A stretch of DNA of 64,000 nucleotides from an uncultured Clostridia bacterium (lineage in GTDB: Bacteria > Bacillota > Clostridia > Oscillospirales > CAG-272). A model generated the notes under the pieces. It was not told the DNA's origin, made no database searches, and was given only the letters and a program-made list of their open reading frames with translations. A program made the position numbers and the translations under genes. Where the stretch lies: the NCBI GenBank assembly GCA_947630625.1, contig CANRIL010000001.1, positions 47,355 through 111,354 of the forward strand, in the 5' to 3' direction. Every line of letters begins with the position of its first letter. The first letter of the stretch is position 1. Positions 9,165-18,251 of this stretch are shown in pieces.

Positions 9165-9193
9165 ATTATAGCATAACGATCAGGCGGAGTCAA
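9165..9193 (-). promoter_or_regulatory. tRNA-Pro promoter
   Basis: On the minus strand: TTGACT (9188-9193), exactly 17 nt, TATAAT (9165-9170). It lies ~27 nt upstream of the tRNA 5' end. Confidence 0.75.
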
Positions 9194-9312
9194 GACAATT
9201 TCGGAAAAATGTTTGTTTGTTTTTGTATTTTTTATGCGCAGGCGTGGAATGATAATATCGAGGATAAGGACAGGGAAAAAGATAAACAAACATCAAGGAT
9301 GGAGTATCCCGC

Positions 9313-9507
9313 ATGGAAGACAAAAGCAAGTGCAAATGCAAGCCAAACCGCAACATCGAGTGCACTGTCGTACAGTGCGCAAATCACTGCGGATGGCAGG
9401 ATTATTGCTCGCTTGACAAGATCAAGGTCGTGACTCATGAACAGAATCCGACAGTCGTGCAGTGCACGGACTGCGGCTCCTTCGTGCTCGCGAAGCCTGA
9501 GCGATAA
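9313..9507 (+). CDS. DUF1540-like small Cys-rich protein
   Basis: 64 aa with a duplicated V-x-C-x-V/T-x-x-C pattern (IECTVVQCANHC...C and VVQCTDCGSF). AAGGATGGAG lies upstream of the ATG. A terminator follows. Confidence 0.7.
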   Translation: MEDKSKCKCKPNRNIECTVVQCANHCGWQDYCSLDKIKVVTHEQNPTVVQCTDCGSFVLAKPER

Positions 9508-9516
9508 GTGAAAATC

Positions 9517-9549
9517 GCGCCCGCCGCAAACGCGGGCGCTTTTCATTTT
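9517..9549 (+). terminator. rho-independent terminator
   Basis: GCGCCCGC (9517-9524) / GCGGGCGC (9532-9539), followed by TTTTCATTTT. Confidence 0.85.
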
Positions 9550-9657
9550 GCGTTTTTAGAGAGACGCGTCGATCTTTTTCGCCGCCGGACTTGAGAATGT
9601 GCGGATGAAAATTTTTCGGGGGCTGACAGGCGGGGCGCTTTTTGTTTTGCATTCCGG

Positions 9658-9686
9658 TTGAAATCGCGTCCGCTTTATGGTAAAAT
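9658..9686 (+). promoter_or_regulatory. promoter of the cyclophilin gene
   Basis: TTGAAA (9658-9663), 17 nt, TAAAAT (9681-9686), with TGG immediately upstream of the -10 (extended -10). Confidence 0.65.
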
Positions 9687-9723
9687 ATCCGTATCACATT
9701 CTGATAACGGAGACAAGACTCAA

Positions 9724-10236
9724 ATGGAAAACAAGAACACGAAAATCGTATTCGAGATCGAAGGATACGGGACGATCAACGCGGAGCTCTATCCGGACAA
9801 GGCGCCCGTGACCGTTGAAAACTTTAAAACGCTCCTGTCGCGCGGATTTTTTGACGGGCTGATATTCCATCGCGTGATCGAAGGCTTTATGATACAGGGC
9901 GGCGGATTTGACGCTGAGATGGAGCATCATGACGCCCCCTCGATAATCGGCGAGTTCGCGATGAACGGTCATCCCGAAAACGACCTTAAGCACACGCGCG
10001 GCACGCTTTCGATGGCGCGCACGAATATGCCTAATTCGGCGTCGAGCCAGTTCTTTATCATGCACAAGGATTCGCCCCATCTTGACGGCGCGTATGCGGC
10101 GTTCGGCCGCGTGACGGACGAGGAAAGCCTCGCCGTCGTCGATAAGATCGCATCCGTGCCGACGGGCAGATACGGTTATTTTGCGGACGTTCCGCGCGAG
10201 CCCGTCGTGATAAAGCGTGCATATATAGCCGAGTGA
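9724..10236 (+). CDS. peptidyl-prolyl cis-trans isomerase, cyclophilin type
   Basis: ATG 9724 follows GGAGA. ORF-track start 9658 coincides with the -35 box. Motifs are FHRVIEGFMIQGGG, GTLSMAR and SQFFI. Confidence 0.9.
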   Translation: MENKNTKIVFEIEGYGTINAELYPDKAPVTVENFKTLLSRGFFDGLIFHRVIEGFMIQGGGFDAEMEHHDAPSIIGEFAMNGHPENDLKHTRGTLSMARTNMPNSASSQFFIMHKDSPHLDGAYAAFGRVTDEESLAVVDKIASVPTGRYGYFADVPREPVVIKRAYIAE

Positions 10237-10248
10237 TGAGCTTTTCGG

Positions 10249-10295
10249 GCTGTGAGCCGGGAGGGATAAACTCCCGCTCACAGCTGTTTTTATTT
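10249..10295 (+). terminator. rho-independent terminator
   Basis: ~14-bp stem GCTGTGAGCCGGGAG / CTCCCGCTCACAGC, followed by TGTTTTTATTT. Confidence 0.85.
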
Positions 10296-10477
10296 GCGGC
10301 GATACGTTCATTTTGCGGAGTCGACCTTACAGCGGGCGCAAAAGTCTTTCTATGGTCTGTTCGCGCTTTCGGCGGGATGGGAGCATTTTCGCCGAAAAAC
10401 ATCCGATTTTTTGAGCATTATATAGGAATGTCGGAATTTAGTTTGCAATAATTTATCTATTTTTAGTCGATTGCCTA

Positions 10478-10506
10478 TTGCAAAACGGCAATATATGTTG
10501 TATAAT
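10478..10506 (+). promoter_or_regulatory. coaE operon promoter
   Basis: TTGCAA (10478-10483), exactly 17 nt, TATAAT (10501-10506). Confidence 0.7.
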
Positions 10507-10554
10507 ATAGACGTATACCTAAAGACAGAGGAAGATGCTGGGGGTGGCTCCGTT

Positions 10555-11160
10555 TTGACGATAATAGGGCTGTCCGGCGGCAGCGGTTCCGGAAAGACGA
10601 CGGCGGCGGCGGTCATGGCTTCACTTGGCGCGGCTGTCATCGACACCGACCGCGTTTACCGCGATCTGTGCGTTCCCGGCTCTCCCTGCTTATCGGAGCT
10701 TGCGGGAGTTTTCGGCAAGGAGATCCTTTTGCCGGATGGAGCTCTTGACAGAAAAAAGCTCGGCGCGCTCGTCTTTTCGGACGCGGCGGCGCGGCTGAGG
10801 CTGAACGCGATAACGCACGCCTACATAGCCGAAAAAACAAAGCGCCTGATCAAAGAGTACGATGCGTCCGGCATGGAGGCTGTCGTCATTGACGCGCCGC
10901 TCCTCTTTGAATCCGGATTTGACGCTTTCTGCGATATTACTGTCGGCGTTACCGCGCCGCTCGATGTCAGAATGGCGCGCATAATCGCGCGGGACGGGCT
11001 GACGGCGGAGGAGGCCGAAAAAAGGATCGCCTCGCAGCTCAGCGACGAAGAGCTTTCCCGCCGGTGCGATTTTATCATAGAAAACCGCGGCACGAATGAA
11101 GAGCTCGTGCGCGCGGTAGAATCGTTTTATATGAACGCCGTCGGCGGCATAAGGAGTTGA
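10555..11160 (+). CDS. coaE: dephospho-CoA kinase
   Basis: A TTG 10555 start is proposed (LTIIGLSGGSGSGKTT P-loop right at the N-terminus, G-rich RBS-like GGGGGTGG upstream). ORF-track ATG 10471 lies upstream of the promoter -35. The rest is typical CoaE (VIDTDRV..., DAPLLFE). Confidence 0.8.
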   Translation: MTIIGLSGGSGSGKTTAAAVMASLGAAVIDTDRVYRDLCVPGSPCLSELAGVFGKEILLPDGALDRKKLGALVFSDAAARLRLNAITHAYIAEKTKRLIKEYDASGMEAVVIDAPLLFESGFDAFCDITVGVTAPLDVRMARIIARDGLTAEEAEKRIASQLSDEELSRRCDFIIENRGTNEELVRAVESFYMNAVGGIRS

Positions 11161-11729
11161 GTAAACTGAAAAAGGCATTGCTTCGAAGTATTGCCGTCAT
11201 AGTTATCGTGGCGCTCTCGGTTGCATCGGGCATCGGGATAAGCTATGTTCTCGACAAAATGGACCGTGCCGGCCATCCGAGAGAATTTTCCCAATACGTT
11301 GAAAAATATTCGAAGGAATACGGCGTGCCAGAATACATAATTTACGCCGTCATCAAGTCTGAGAGCGATTTTGAGATCGGGGCTCTGTCGTCGGACGGGG
11401 CGCGCGGGCTTATGCAGCTCATGCCGTCTACGTTTAAATGGCTGGCGGGGCTGCTCGGTGAGCCGGACGATCCCGCGGTTTTATACGACCCCGAAACGAA
11501 CATAAAATACGGCACATACTATTTATCATATCTTTACGGCTTATATGCCCGCTGGCCGACCGTTTACGCGGCGTACAACGCGGGGCCGAGCGCCGTTGAC
11601 AATTGGCTCAACGACGGAAAATATTCGCACGACGGCGTAAATCTCGACACGATCCCCTACGAGGAGACGCGCGAATACGTTGCCGCCGTCAACAAGGCGT
11701 CTGAATATTATCAAAGATTATATTATTGA
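11157..11729 (+). CDS. lytic transglycosylase (SLT domain) with N-terminal membrane anchor
   Basis: TTG 11157 overlaps the coaE TGA (TTGA). The start is uncertain because AAGGAG abuts it. It has a TM anchor IAVIVIVALSVASGIGISYVL and the SLT motif ES.F...ALSSDGARGLMQLMPSTF, with a conserved Tyr-rich segment. Confidence 0.8.
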   Translation: MSKLKKALLRSIAVIVIVALSVASGIGISYVLDKMDRAGHPREFSQYVEKYSKEYGVPEYIIYAVIKSESDFEIGALSSDGARGLMQLMPSTFKWLAGLLGEPDDPAVLYDPETNIKYGTYYLSYLYGLYARWPTVYAAYNAGPSAVDNWLNDGKYSHDGVNLDTIPYEETREYVAAVNKASEYYQRLYY

Positions 11730-11754
11730 TTTCTGAAAGGAAAGGTATTTACCA

Positions 11755-13167
11755 ATGTCTGAAACGGTCAAGGAACTCAAAAAGGCTCTTTTTTACTCGA
11801 AGAAGAGCGCATATGAATCGGAAGGCGAGGAAGGCGTCGCCGCGGCATACGAATTTGCGCGCGGGTACGCAGAATTTATCGGCAAGGCAAAGACCGAACG
11901 TGAGGCGGTCATCGAGGGCATAAAAATTCTTGAGGCTCACGGATTCCGTCCGTATACGCTCGGAATGTCTGTCGCGCACGGCGACAAGCTCTATTACAAT
12001 AACCGCGGAAAGTCTTTGATGGCTTTCGTCATCGGAAAAGAGCCGCTTGAGCGCGGGATCAGGATTTCGGCGGCGCACGTCGACTCCCCGAGGCTTGACC
12101 TGAAGCAGCATACAGTGTTTGAAAACACGGGGTTCGGCTACCTCAAAACGCATTACTACGGCGGCATCCGCAAGTACCAGTGGGCGACGATCCCGCTCGC
12201 CCTGCACGGAGTCGTTATAAAGGCTGACGGCGAATCCGTCAACGTCACTATCGGCGAGGACGAGGGCGACCCCGTATTCTGCATCACAGACCTTTTGCCG
12301 CACCTGGCAAAGGATCAGTCGCAGCGCACGCTTGAGGCGGCGTTTACCGGCGAAGGACTCAATATCCTGATCGGTTCGCGTCCGTATGCGACGGAGGAGG
12401 ACCCTTACGACTCCTGCTCGCCGGATGAAAGAGTCAAGCTTGCGATACTCAAGTATTTCAACGATAAATACAGCATAACCGAAAACGACCTTATCTCGGC
12501 GGAGCTCGCCGCCGTACCGGCAGGAAAGCCGCGCGATATAGGTCTTGACCGCGCGATGATAGGCGCTTACGGGCACGACGACAGAGTCTGCGCGTATCCG
12601 ATACTCATGGCGGTCGCGGAGCTTGAATCTCCCGAAAAGACGGCGATGTGCATCTTCGCCGACAAGGAGGAAACAGGCTCGCAGGGCAACACCGGCATGC
12701 AGTCAAGAGTTCTTGCGGATATCATTTCAGAGCTGTCCCGCGCGCTCGGTGCCGACGAGCATGTTGTCCGCGCTAACTCGCTCTGCCTCTCGGCAGACGT
12801 TGCCGCGGGATTTGACCCGAACTACCCTGAGGTATTCGAGACGAAAAACAGCGCGATCTGCGGATGCGGCGTCGTTCTTACCAAGTTCACAGGCAGCCGC
12901 GGCAAGAGCAGCACGAATGACGCTTCCGCTGAGACGGTCGGCAGAGTGAGACGCATATTTGACGAGGCAGGCGTCGTCTGGCAGACGGCGGAGCTCGGCA
13001 AGGTCGACCAGGGCGGCGGCGGAACTGTCGCGATGTTCATTGCAGACCACAATATCGACACAATAGACCTTGGCGTTCCCGTGCTCTCGATGCACGCGCC
13101 GTTCGAGGTGATCTCAAAGGTTGACTTATACGAGGCTTACCGCGCGCACGTCGCCTTCAATAAATAA
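11755..13167 (+). CDS. M18-family aminopeptidase
   Basis: 470 aa. Motifs are AAHVDSPRLDLK, GAYGHDDRVC, ADKEETGS and PVLSMHAP. An RBS GAAAGGAAAGG lies upstream. Confidence 0.8.
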   Translation: MSETVKELKKALFYSKKSAYESEGEEGVAAAYEFARGYAEFIGKAKTEREAVIEGIKILEAHGFRPYTLGMSVAHGDKLYYNNRGKSLMAFVIGKEPLERGIRISAAHVDSPRLDLKQHTVFENTGFGYLKTHYYGGIRKYQWATIPLALHGVVIKADGESVNVTIGEDEGDPVFCITDLLPHLAKDQSQRTLEAAFTGEGLNILIGSRPYATEEDPYDSCSPDERVKLAILKYFNDKYSITENDLISAELAAVPAGKPRDIGLDRAMIGAYGHDDRVCAYPILMAVAELESPEKTAMCIFADKEETGSQGNTGMQSRVLADIISELSRALGADEHVVRANSLCLSADVAAGFDPNYPEVFETKNSAICGCGVVLTKFTGSRGKSSTNDASAETVGRVRRIFDEAGVVWQTAELGKVDQGGGGTVAMFIADHNIDTIDLGVPVLSMHAPFEVISKVDLYEAYRAHVAFNK

Positions 13168-13188
13168 AGAAACGGAAATCGGAAAAAT

Positions 13189-14265
13189 ATGCTCGACAAG
13201 CTGAGGGAAGCGGAGATAAGGTTTTGTGAAATAGAGGGCGCCCTTTCCTCGCCCGAGGCATATTCGGATATGGATGAATACAGGCGTCTGTCGCGCGAGC
13301 GAAAGGTGCTTGCACCGGTCATTGAAAAGTACCGCGAATACAAGTCATGTCTCGACGCAATTTCCTCATCCGAGGAGCTTTTGAAGTGCGGTGACGCTGA
13401 GCTTGAAGCGCTTGCGGCGGAAGAAATTTCGGAGGGAAAGGAAAAGCTTTCGCGGCTCGAAAATGAACTGAAGATCCTGCTTTTGCCGAAGGACGAAAAC
13501 GACGACAAGAACGTGATGATCGAAATTCGCGCCGGGGCGGGAGGCGAGGAAGCGGCGCTGTTCGCCGCGGTGCTCGCGAGGATGTATACGATGTATTCCG
13601 AAAGCCGGCGATACGGCGTTGAGATAGTGAACGCGAACGAGACGGAGCTCGGCGGGTACCGCGAGGTGACGCTTCTGATCTCCGGCGAGGGCGCGTATTC
13701 GCGGTTTAAATTTGAGTCGGGAGTGCACCGCGTCCAGCGCGTTCCGGAGACGGAGTCGCAGGGGCGGATACACACGTCGACCGCGACTGTCGCCGTGCTG
13801 CCGGAGGCGGAGGATGTTGAGGTCGATATAAACCCCGCCGACATTGAGATCGACACGATCAAGTCAAGCGGCGCGGGCGGACAGCACATCAACAAGACCG
13901 AATCCGCGATACGGCTGCTCCACAAGCCGACGGGAATCGTCATCGAATGTCAGGATGAACGCAGTCAGTATAAGAACCGTGACCGCGCGATGAAGCTGCT
14001 GCGCACGAAGCTTTATGACATGAAGCGGCGCGAGCAGTCCGACAAGATAGCGGCTGACCGCCGTTCACAGGTCGGAACAGGCGACAGGAGCGAGCGGATC
14101 AGGACGTACAATTACCCGCAGGGGCGCGTTTCAGACCACAGGATCGGGCTTACTTTATACAGCCTCGAATCGTTTTTAAACGGCAGCCTCGACGAAATGA
14201 TAGACGCACTTATAACGGCCGATACGGCTGAAAAACTCAAAAACGGCGACCTCTTGCAGATATGA
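13189..14265 (+). CDS. prfA: peptide chain release factor 1
   Basis: 358 aa. It has the GGQ motif ([14 protein letters not shown]) and the RF1-type [14 protein letters not shown] tripeptide region. Confidence 0.95.
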   Translation: MLDKLREAEIRFCEIEGALSSPEAYSDMDEYRRLSRERKVLAPVIEKYREYKSCLDAISSSEELLKCGDAELEALAAEEISEGKEKLSRLENELKILLLPKDENDDKNVMIEIRAGAGGEEAALFAAVLARMYTMYSESRRYGVEIVNANETELGGYREVTLLISGEGAYSRFKFESGVHRVQRVPETESQGRIHTSTATVAVLPEAEDVEVDINPADIEIDTIKSSGAGGQHINKTESAIRLLHKPTGIVIECQDERSQYKNRDRAMKLLRTKLYDMKRREQSDKIAADRRSQVGTGDRSERIRTYNYPQGRVSDHRIGLTLYSLESFLNGSLDEMIDALITADTAEKLKNGDLLQI

Positions 14266-15281
14266 ACACTTTGATCACAGACGGGAGCTCGCTTTCCTGC
14301 GCGGCATCGATCTTGCGCGGCGGCGGTCTTGTCATTTTCCCGACAGAAACCGTATACGGGCTCGGCGCTTCCGCGTATGACGCGCGCGCAGCGTATAACG
14401 TATTTGAGGCAAAGGGGCGTCCGCACGACAACCCGCTCATCGTCCACGTCAGCGAGCCCGCGGATGCTGAAAATTTCGCATATACGAACGAGCTTTATTA
14501 CAGGCTCGCAGACGCGTTCATGCCGGGCCCGCTCACGCTGATATTAAAGAAAAAAAAGATAATACCTTACGAGGTGACGGCGGGCGGCGAAACTGTCGGC
14601 GTCCGGTGTCCGTCACATCCGGTCGCGCACGAATTTATAAAGCTCGCCGGCGTTCCTGTCGCGGCTCCGTCCGCGAATCTGTCCGGCAGGCCGTCGCCTA
14701 CGACGGCGGCGCACTGCATCGAGGACATGTGCGGCAGGGTCGACGCGATAATCGACGGCGGCGAATGCGAATTCGGGCTTGAATCTACGGTCGCATTGAT
14801 CACGGGGGAGGATTCATTGAAAATTCTCCGTCCGGGAGCTGTCACGGCGGAGGCGCTTTCGTGCGTCTGCGCGTCAGTCACTACATCCGAAGGGCTTGCG
14901 CCCGGGGAGACGCCGCTGTCTCCCGGAATGAAATATAAGCATTACGCGCCGAAGTCCCCGCTCTTTTTGCTTGACGGGGAAAGAGATGACGTTATCGAAT
15001 ATGTAAAGCGGAGAATCAGCGAGGGCGAGGCGTGCCTATTTATCTGCTACGATGAAGACGCGGAGCTTTTCGGCGACAGGGCGATCTCGCTCGGCGGCGC
15101 CGACGACGACGCGGCGCACGCACACAATCTGTTCGCCGCGCTGCGGAAGACAGACAGCTACGGCAAAGAAAACGCGCTGACGGCGATATATACTTACATG
15201 CCGAAGCGGGAGGGCGGAATTTCCGCCGCAATATATAACCGCCTCATAAGGGCGGCGGATCACACGGTTTTGAAAGTTTAA
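14262..15281 (+). CDS. tsaC: L-threonylcarbamoyladenylate synthase (Sua5/YwlC/TsaC type, with C-terminal Sua5 domain)
   Basis: The ATG overlaps the prfA stop (ATGA). Motifs are [25 protein letters not shown] and [13 protein letters not shown]. At 339 aa it is the long Sua5 form. Confidence 0.9.
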   Translation: MNTLITDGSSLSCAASILRGGGLVIFPTETVYGLGASAYDARAAYNVFEAKGRPHDNPLIVHVSEPADAENFAYTNELYYRLADAFMPGPLTLILKKKKIIPYEVTAGGETVGVRCPSHPVAHEFIKLAGVPVAAPSANLSGRPSPTTAAHCIEDMCGRVDAIIDGGECEFGLESTVALITGEDSLKILRPGAVTAEALSCVCASVTTSEGLAPGETPLSPGMKYKHYAPKSPLFLLDGERDDVIEYVKRRISEGEACLFICYDEDAELFGDRAISLGGADDDAAHAHNLFAALRKTDSYGKENALTAIYTYMPKREGGISAAIYNRLIRAADHTVLKV

Positions 15282-15307
15282 GAAAACGATAAGGACGGGG
15301 GAGAGCT

Positions 15308-17542
15308 TTGCCCAGAAAGAAAAAAACGGCTCTGCCGGCCGAAGAGCAGACTCCGGCGGAAATACTCGATCAGCCTATAACGGAAACGATCGAGACGAAT
15401 TACATGCCGTATGTCATGACCGTCATCGTGTCGCGCGCGATACCGGCGATAGACGGCTTCAAGCCCGCGCACCGGAAGCTCTTATACACGATGTATACGC
15501 ACGGGTTGATGACGGGCGGTTATGTCAAGTGCGCGACGATAACCGGCGACATGATGCACCTAAATCCGCACAGCACCGATGCGAACTATGACACTCTCGT
15601 CAGACTGACAAGGGATTACGGCGCTCTGCTTCATCCGCTTATCGACTCCAAGGGATCGTTCGGCAAGCATTATTCGAGCGACATGAAGCCGTCCGCGGCG
15701 AGATATACGGACGCGAGACTCGAAAAATTCTGCGCCGAGGTCTTCCGCGGCATCGACAAAAACGCCGTCGACATGGTGCCGAACTACGACAACACAACGA
15801 CGGAACCGACGCTTTTGCCGACCGCGTTCCCGAATGTGCTCGTCAGCCCGAACATGGGCATTGCAGTCGGAATGGCGTCAAATATATGCTCGTTCAACCT
15901 CGCGGAGGTTTGCGACGGGACGACGGCGATCCTCAAAAATCCGAACACGACGGCGGAGAAGCTGCTCGACATAATCAAAGCGCCTGATTTTTCGGAAGGC
16001 GCGCAGCTCATATACGATCGCGACCAGATGCTTGCGATATATAAGACAGGCGTCGGCTCGGTAAGGCTCCGCGCGAAATACAGGTTCGATGAAAAGGAAA
16101 ACTGCATCGAGATATACGAGATCCCGTATTCGACGACGATCGAGCAGATTTTAAAAAAGCTGACGGAGCTTTTGAAGGATGGAAAAATACGCGAGGTCAC
16201 GGACTTCCGCGACGAGATCGGACTTTCCGGATTCAAGCTTGCGATAGATGTAAAGCGCGGGACGGACGTTACGAAGCTGATGGAGAAGCTGTATAGGCAG
16301 ACCCCGCTTGAGGACTCGTTCAAATGCAACTTTAATCTGCTTATAGACGGCGCGCCGCGCCAGCTCGGCATCGTCGAGATATTGAAGGAATGGATCAAAT
16401 TCCGCATCGGCTGCTACCGCCGCGAGCTGATCTATGACTGCGAGCGAAAGGAAGAAAAGCTCCATCTTCTGCTCGGACTCGGCAAAATTCTGCTCGATAT
16501 CGACCGCGCGATAAAGATCGTGCGCGAGACGGAGCAGGAATCAATGGTCGTTCCGAACCTGATGGAGGGCTTCAAGATCGACGAGACGCAGGCGGAATAT
16601 ATCGCCGATATCAAGCTCCGCTACCTCAACCGGGAATATATCATAAACCGCATACGCGAGATCGAATCGCTCCGCGCCGAGATCGCCGAGATGCGCGCGA
16701 TCATTGAGGACGAGCTCAAGCTCAAATCGGAGATCATCAAGCAGCTCGCCGAAATTAAGAAGAAATACGGTCAGCCGAGGCGCACCGAAATAATCCACGT
16801 CGGCGAGATCAGCACCGTCACGGAGGACGATTTCGTTGAAAATTACAGCGTCAAGGCTGTGCTTTCGCGCGAGGGGTATTTCAAGAAGATAACAACGCAG
16901 TCGTGGCGCGGGAACGACGAGCAGAAGCTCAAGGACGGCGATTCCATAATCGCCTGCCACGACGCGGAAAACGTCGACGAGGTGTTGTTCTTCTCCGATA
17001 AGGCGCAGGTCTATAAGGCGAGGATGAGCGACTTTGAACAGTCAAAGGCGTCGTCTCTCGGAGATTATATTCCTTCAAAGCTGAACTTCGACGAGGGCGA
17101 GGGGACGCTTTACATGTGCACGGTCAAGGAATACAGGGAAGATGTAAACGTCGTGTTTATATTTGAAAACGGAAAGGGCGTCAGAGTCCCGCTCTCCGCG
17201 TATGAAACAAAGACAAACCGCAGACGGCTGACGAACGCGTACAGTTCCGCATCCCCCGCGGCTGCCGCGTTCATCGAATATGAACCGTTCGATATAATAA
17301 TGTACAGTGACGGCGGGCGCGCGTTAGTCATATCAACGGAAAATATTCCGGTCAAGTCGACGAGAACGTCACAGGGCGTGCAGCTCTTTACGCTCAAGCA
17401 GGGACAGCGGATCGTTTCGGTGAAATCAGACCCCGCATCAGTCTCGGAAAATCCCGCACGTTACAGAAAAAACAAGCTCCCGTCGACCGGCGTCACATTG
17501 TCCGACGCTGATTCAGGCACGGCACAGCTCAAGCTGCTTTAA
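15308..17542 (+). CDS. type IIA DNA topoisomerase subunit A (GyrA/ParC paralog, divergent)
   Basis: TTG start with a G-rich RBS. Motifs are RAIPAIDGFKPAHRKLLY, the active-site AARYTD (Tyr133) and a C-terminal beta-pinwheel-like region. No B subunit is adjacent. Confidence 0.85.
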   Translation: MPRKKKTALPAEEQTPAEILDQPITETIETNYMPYVMTVIVSRAIPAIDGFKPAHRKLLYTMYTHGLMTGGYVKCATITGDMMHLNPHSTDANYDTLVRLTRDYGALLHPLIDSKGSFGKHYSSDMKPSAARYTDARLEKFCAEVFRGIDKNAVDMVPNYDNTTTEPTLLPTAFPNVLVSPNMGIAVGMASNICSFNLAEVCDGTTAILKNPNTTAEKLLDIIKAPDFSEGAQLIYDRDQMLAIYKTGVGSVRLRAKYRFDEKENCIEIYEIPYSTTIEQILKKLTELLKDGKIREVTDFRDEIGLSGFKLAIDVKRGTDVTKLMEKLYRQTPLEDSFKCNFNLLIDGAPRQLGIVEILKEWIKFRIGCYRRELIYDCERKEEKLHLLLGLGKILLDIDRAIKIVRETEQESMVVPNLMEGFKIDETQAEYIADIKLRYLNREYIINRIREIESLRAEIAEMRAIIEDELKLKSEIIKQLAEIKKKYGQPRRTEIIHVGEISTVTEDDFVENYSVKAVLSREGYFKKITTQSWRGNDEQKLKDGDSIIACHDAENVDEVLFFSDKAQVYKARMSDFEQSKASSLGDYIPSKLNFDEGEGTLYMCTVKEYREDVNVVFIFENGKGVRVPLSAYETKTNRRRLTNAYSSASPAAAAFIEYEPFDIIMYSDGGRALVISTENIPVKSTRTSQGVQLFTLKQGQRIVSVKSDPASVSENPARYRKNKLPSTGVTLSDADSGTAQLKLL

Positions 17543-17585
17543 TAAAGTTTAGGAAAATTTTTAAATAAGAAAAGGTAGGTTCGAA

Positions 17586-18251
17586 ATGAAGATCAGAAGG
17601 AAAACAGTTACGCTTGCGGCGGTACTTACAATGTGCATGCTGCTCTCCGTCTTCGTGTTCGCGGCAGACAACTCGTACGACAGCTCAAAGGACCCGATCG
17701 CCGCACAATCGTATGTCGACGCTCAGGTTTCAGGCTTAAACTCCTCACTTGACACGCTGAGCTCTAAAATCGCGGCAATCGAGGCGCAGCTTAACGAGCT
17801 TGCCGACTCTGATGATGACGATAACGCGGCTTTGAAAAAGGATGTTGACCAGCTTAAGACAGAGCTTGCGGCGCTGAAGACCGAATTTGCGGCGCTCAAG
17901 ACCGCGTTTGCGTCGCTGCAGGACGAGATCAAAAAGCTTGCTGAAGAGGAAAAAACGGGCGACACGTTTATCGCGATTCAGCTCAAGAACGGGCAGACGA
18001 TATATGCAAAGGGCGGCGCGATCGAACTTATTCTTCGCACAGGGGCCGCAAAAGTCGTCTCTCCGTTCAACGATCAGTACACAAGACAGGGCATATCGGA
18101 CAATACGAACGGCACCGAGATATTTAACGGCGGTTCCGCCTCGCTCAACCACCTGCTCCTGATCCCGCGCGGAGACGACGGACGCGGGCTGACGGTCACG
18201 TCTAACGACGGTGCGTTCTTGATGGTAAGGGGAAATTATGAGATCAAATAA
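17586..18251 (+). CDS. secreted coiled-coil protein, unknown function
   Basis: It has a signal-like N-terminus (TLAAVLTMCMLLSVFVFA) and heptad-like repeats LKTELAALKTEFAALKTAFASLQDEIKKL, then a ~90-aa C-terminal domain. An RBS AAGGTAGG is present. Confidence 0.75.
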   Translation: MKIRRKTVTLAAVLTMCMLLSVFVFAADNSYDSSKDPIAAQSYVDAQVSGLNSSLDTLSSKIAAIEAQLNELADSDDDDNAALKKDVDQLKTELAALKTEFAALKTAFASLQDEIKKLAEEEKTGDTFIAIQLKNGQTIYAKGGAIELILRTGAAKVVSPFNDQYTRQGISDNTNGTEIFNGGSASLNHLLLIPRGDDGRGLTVTSNDGAFLMVRGNYEIK

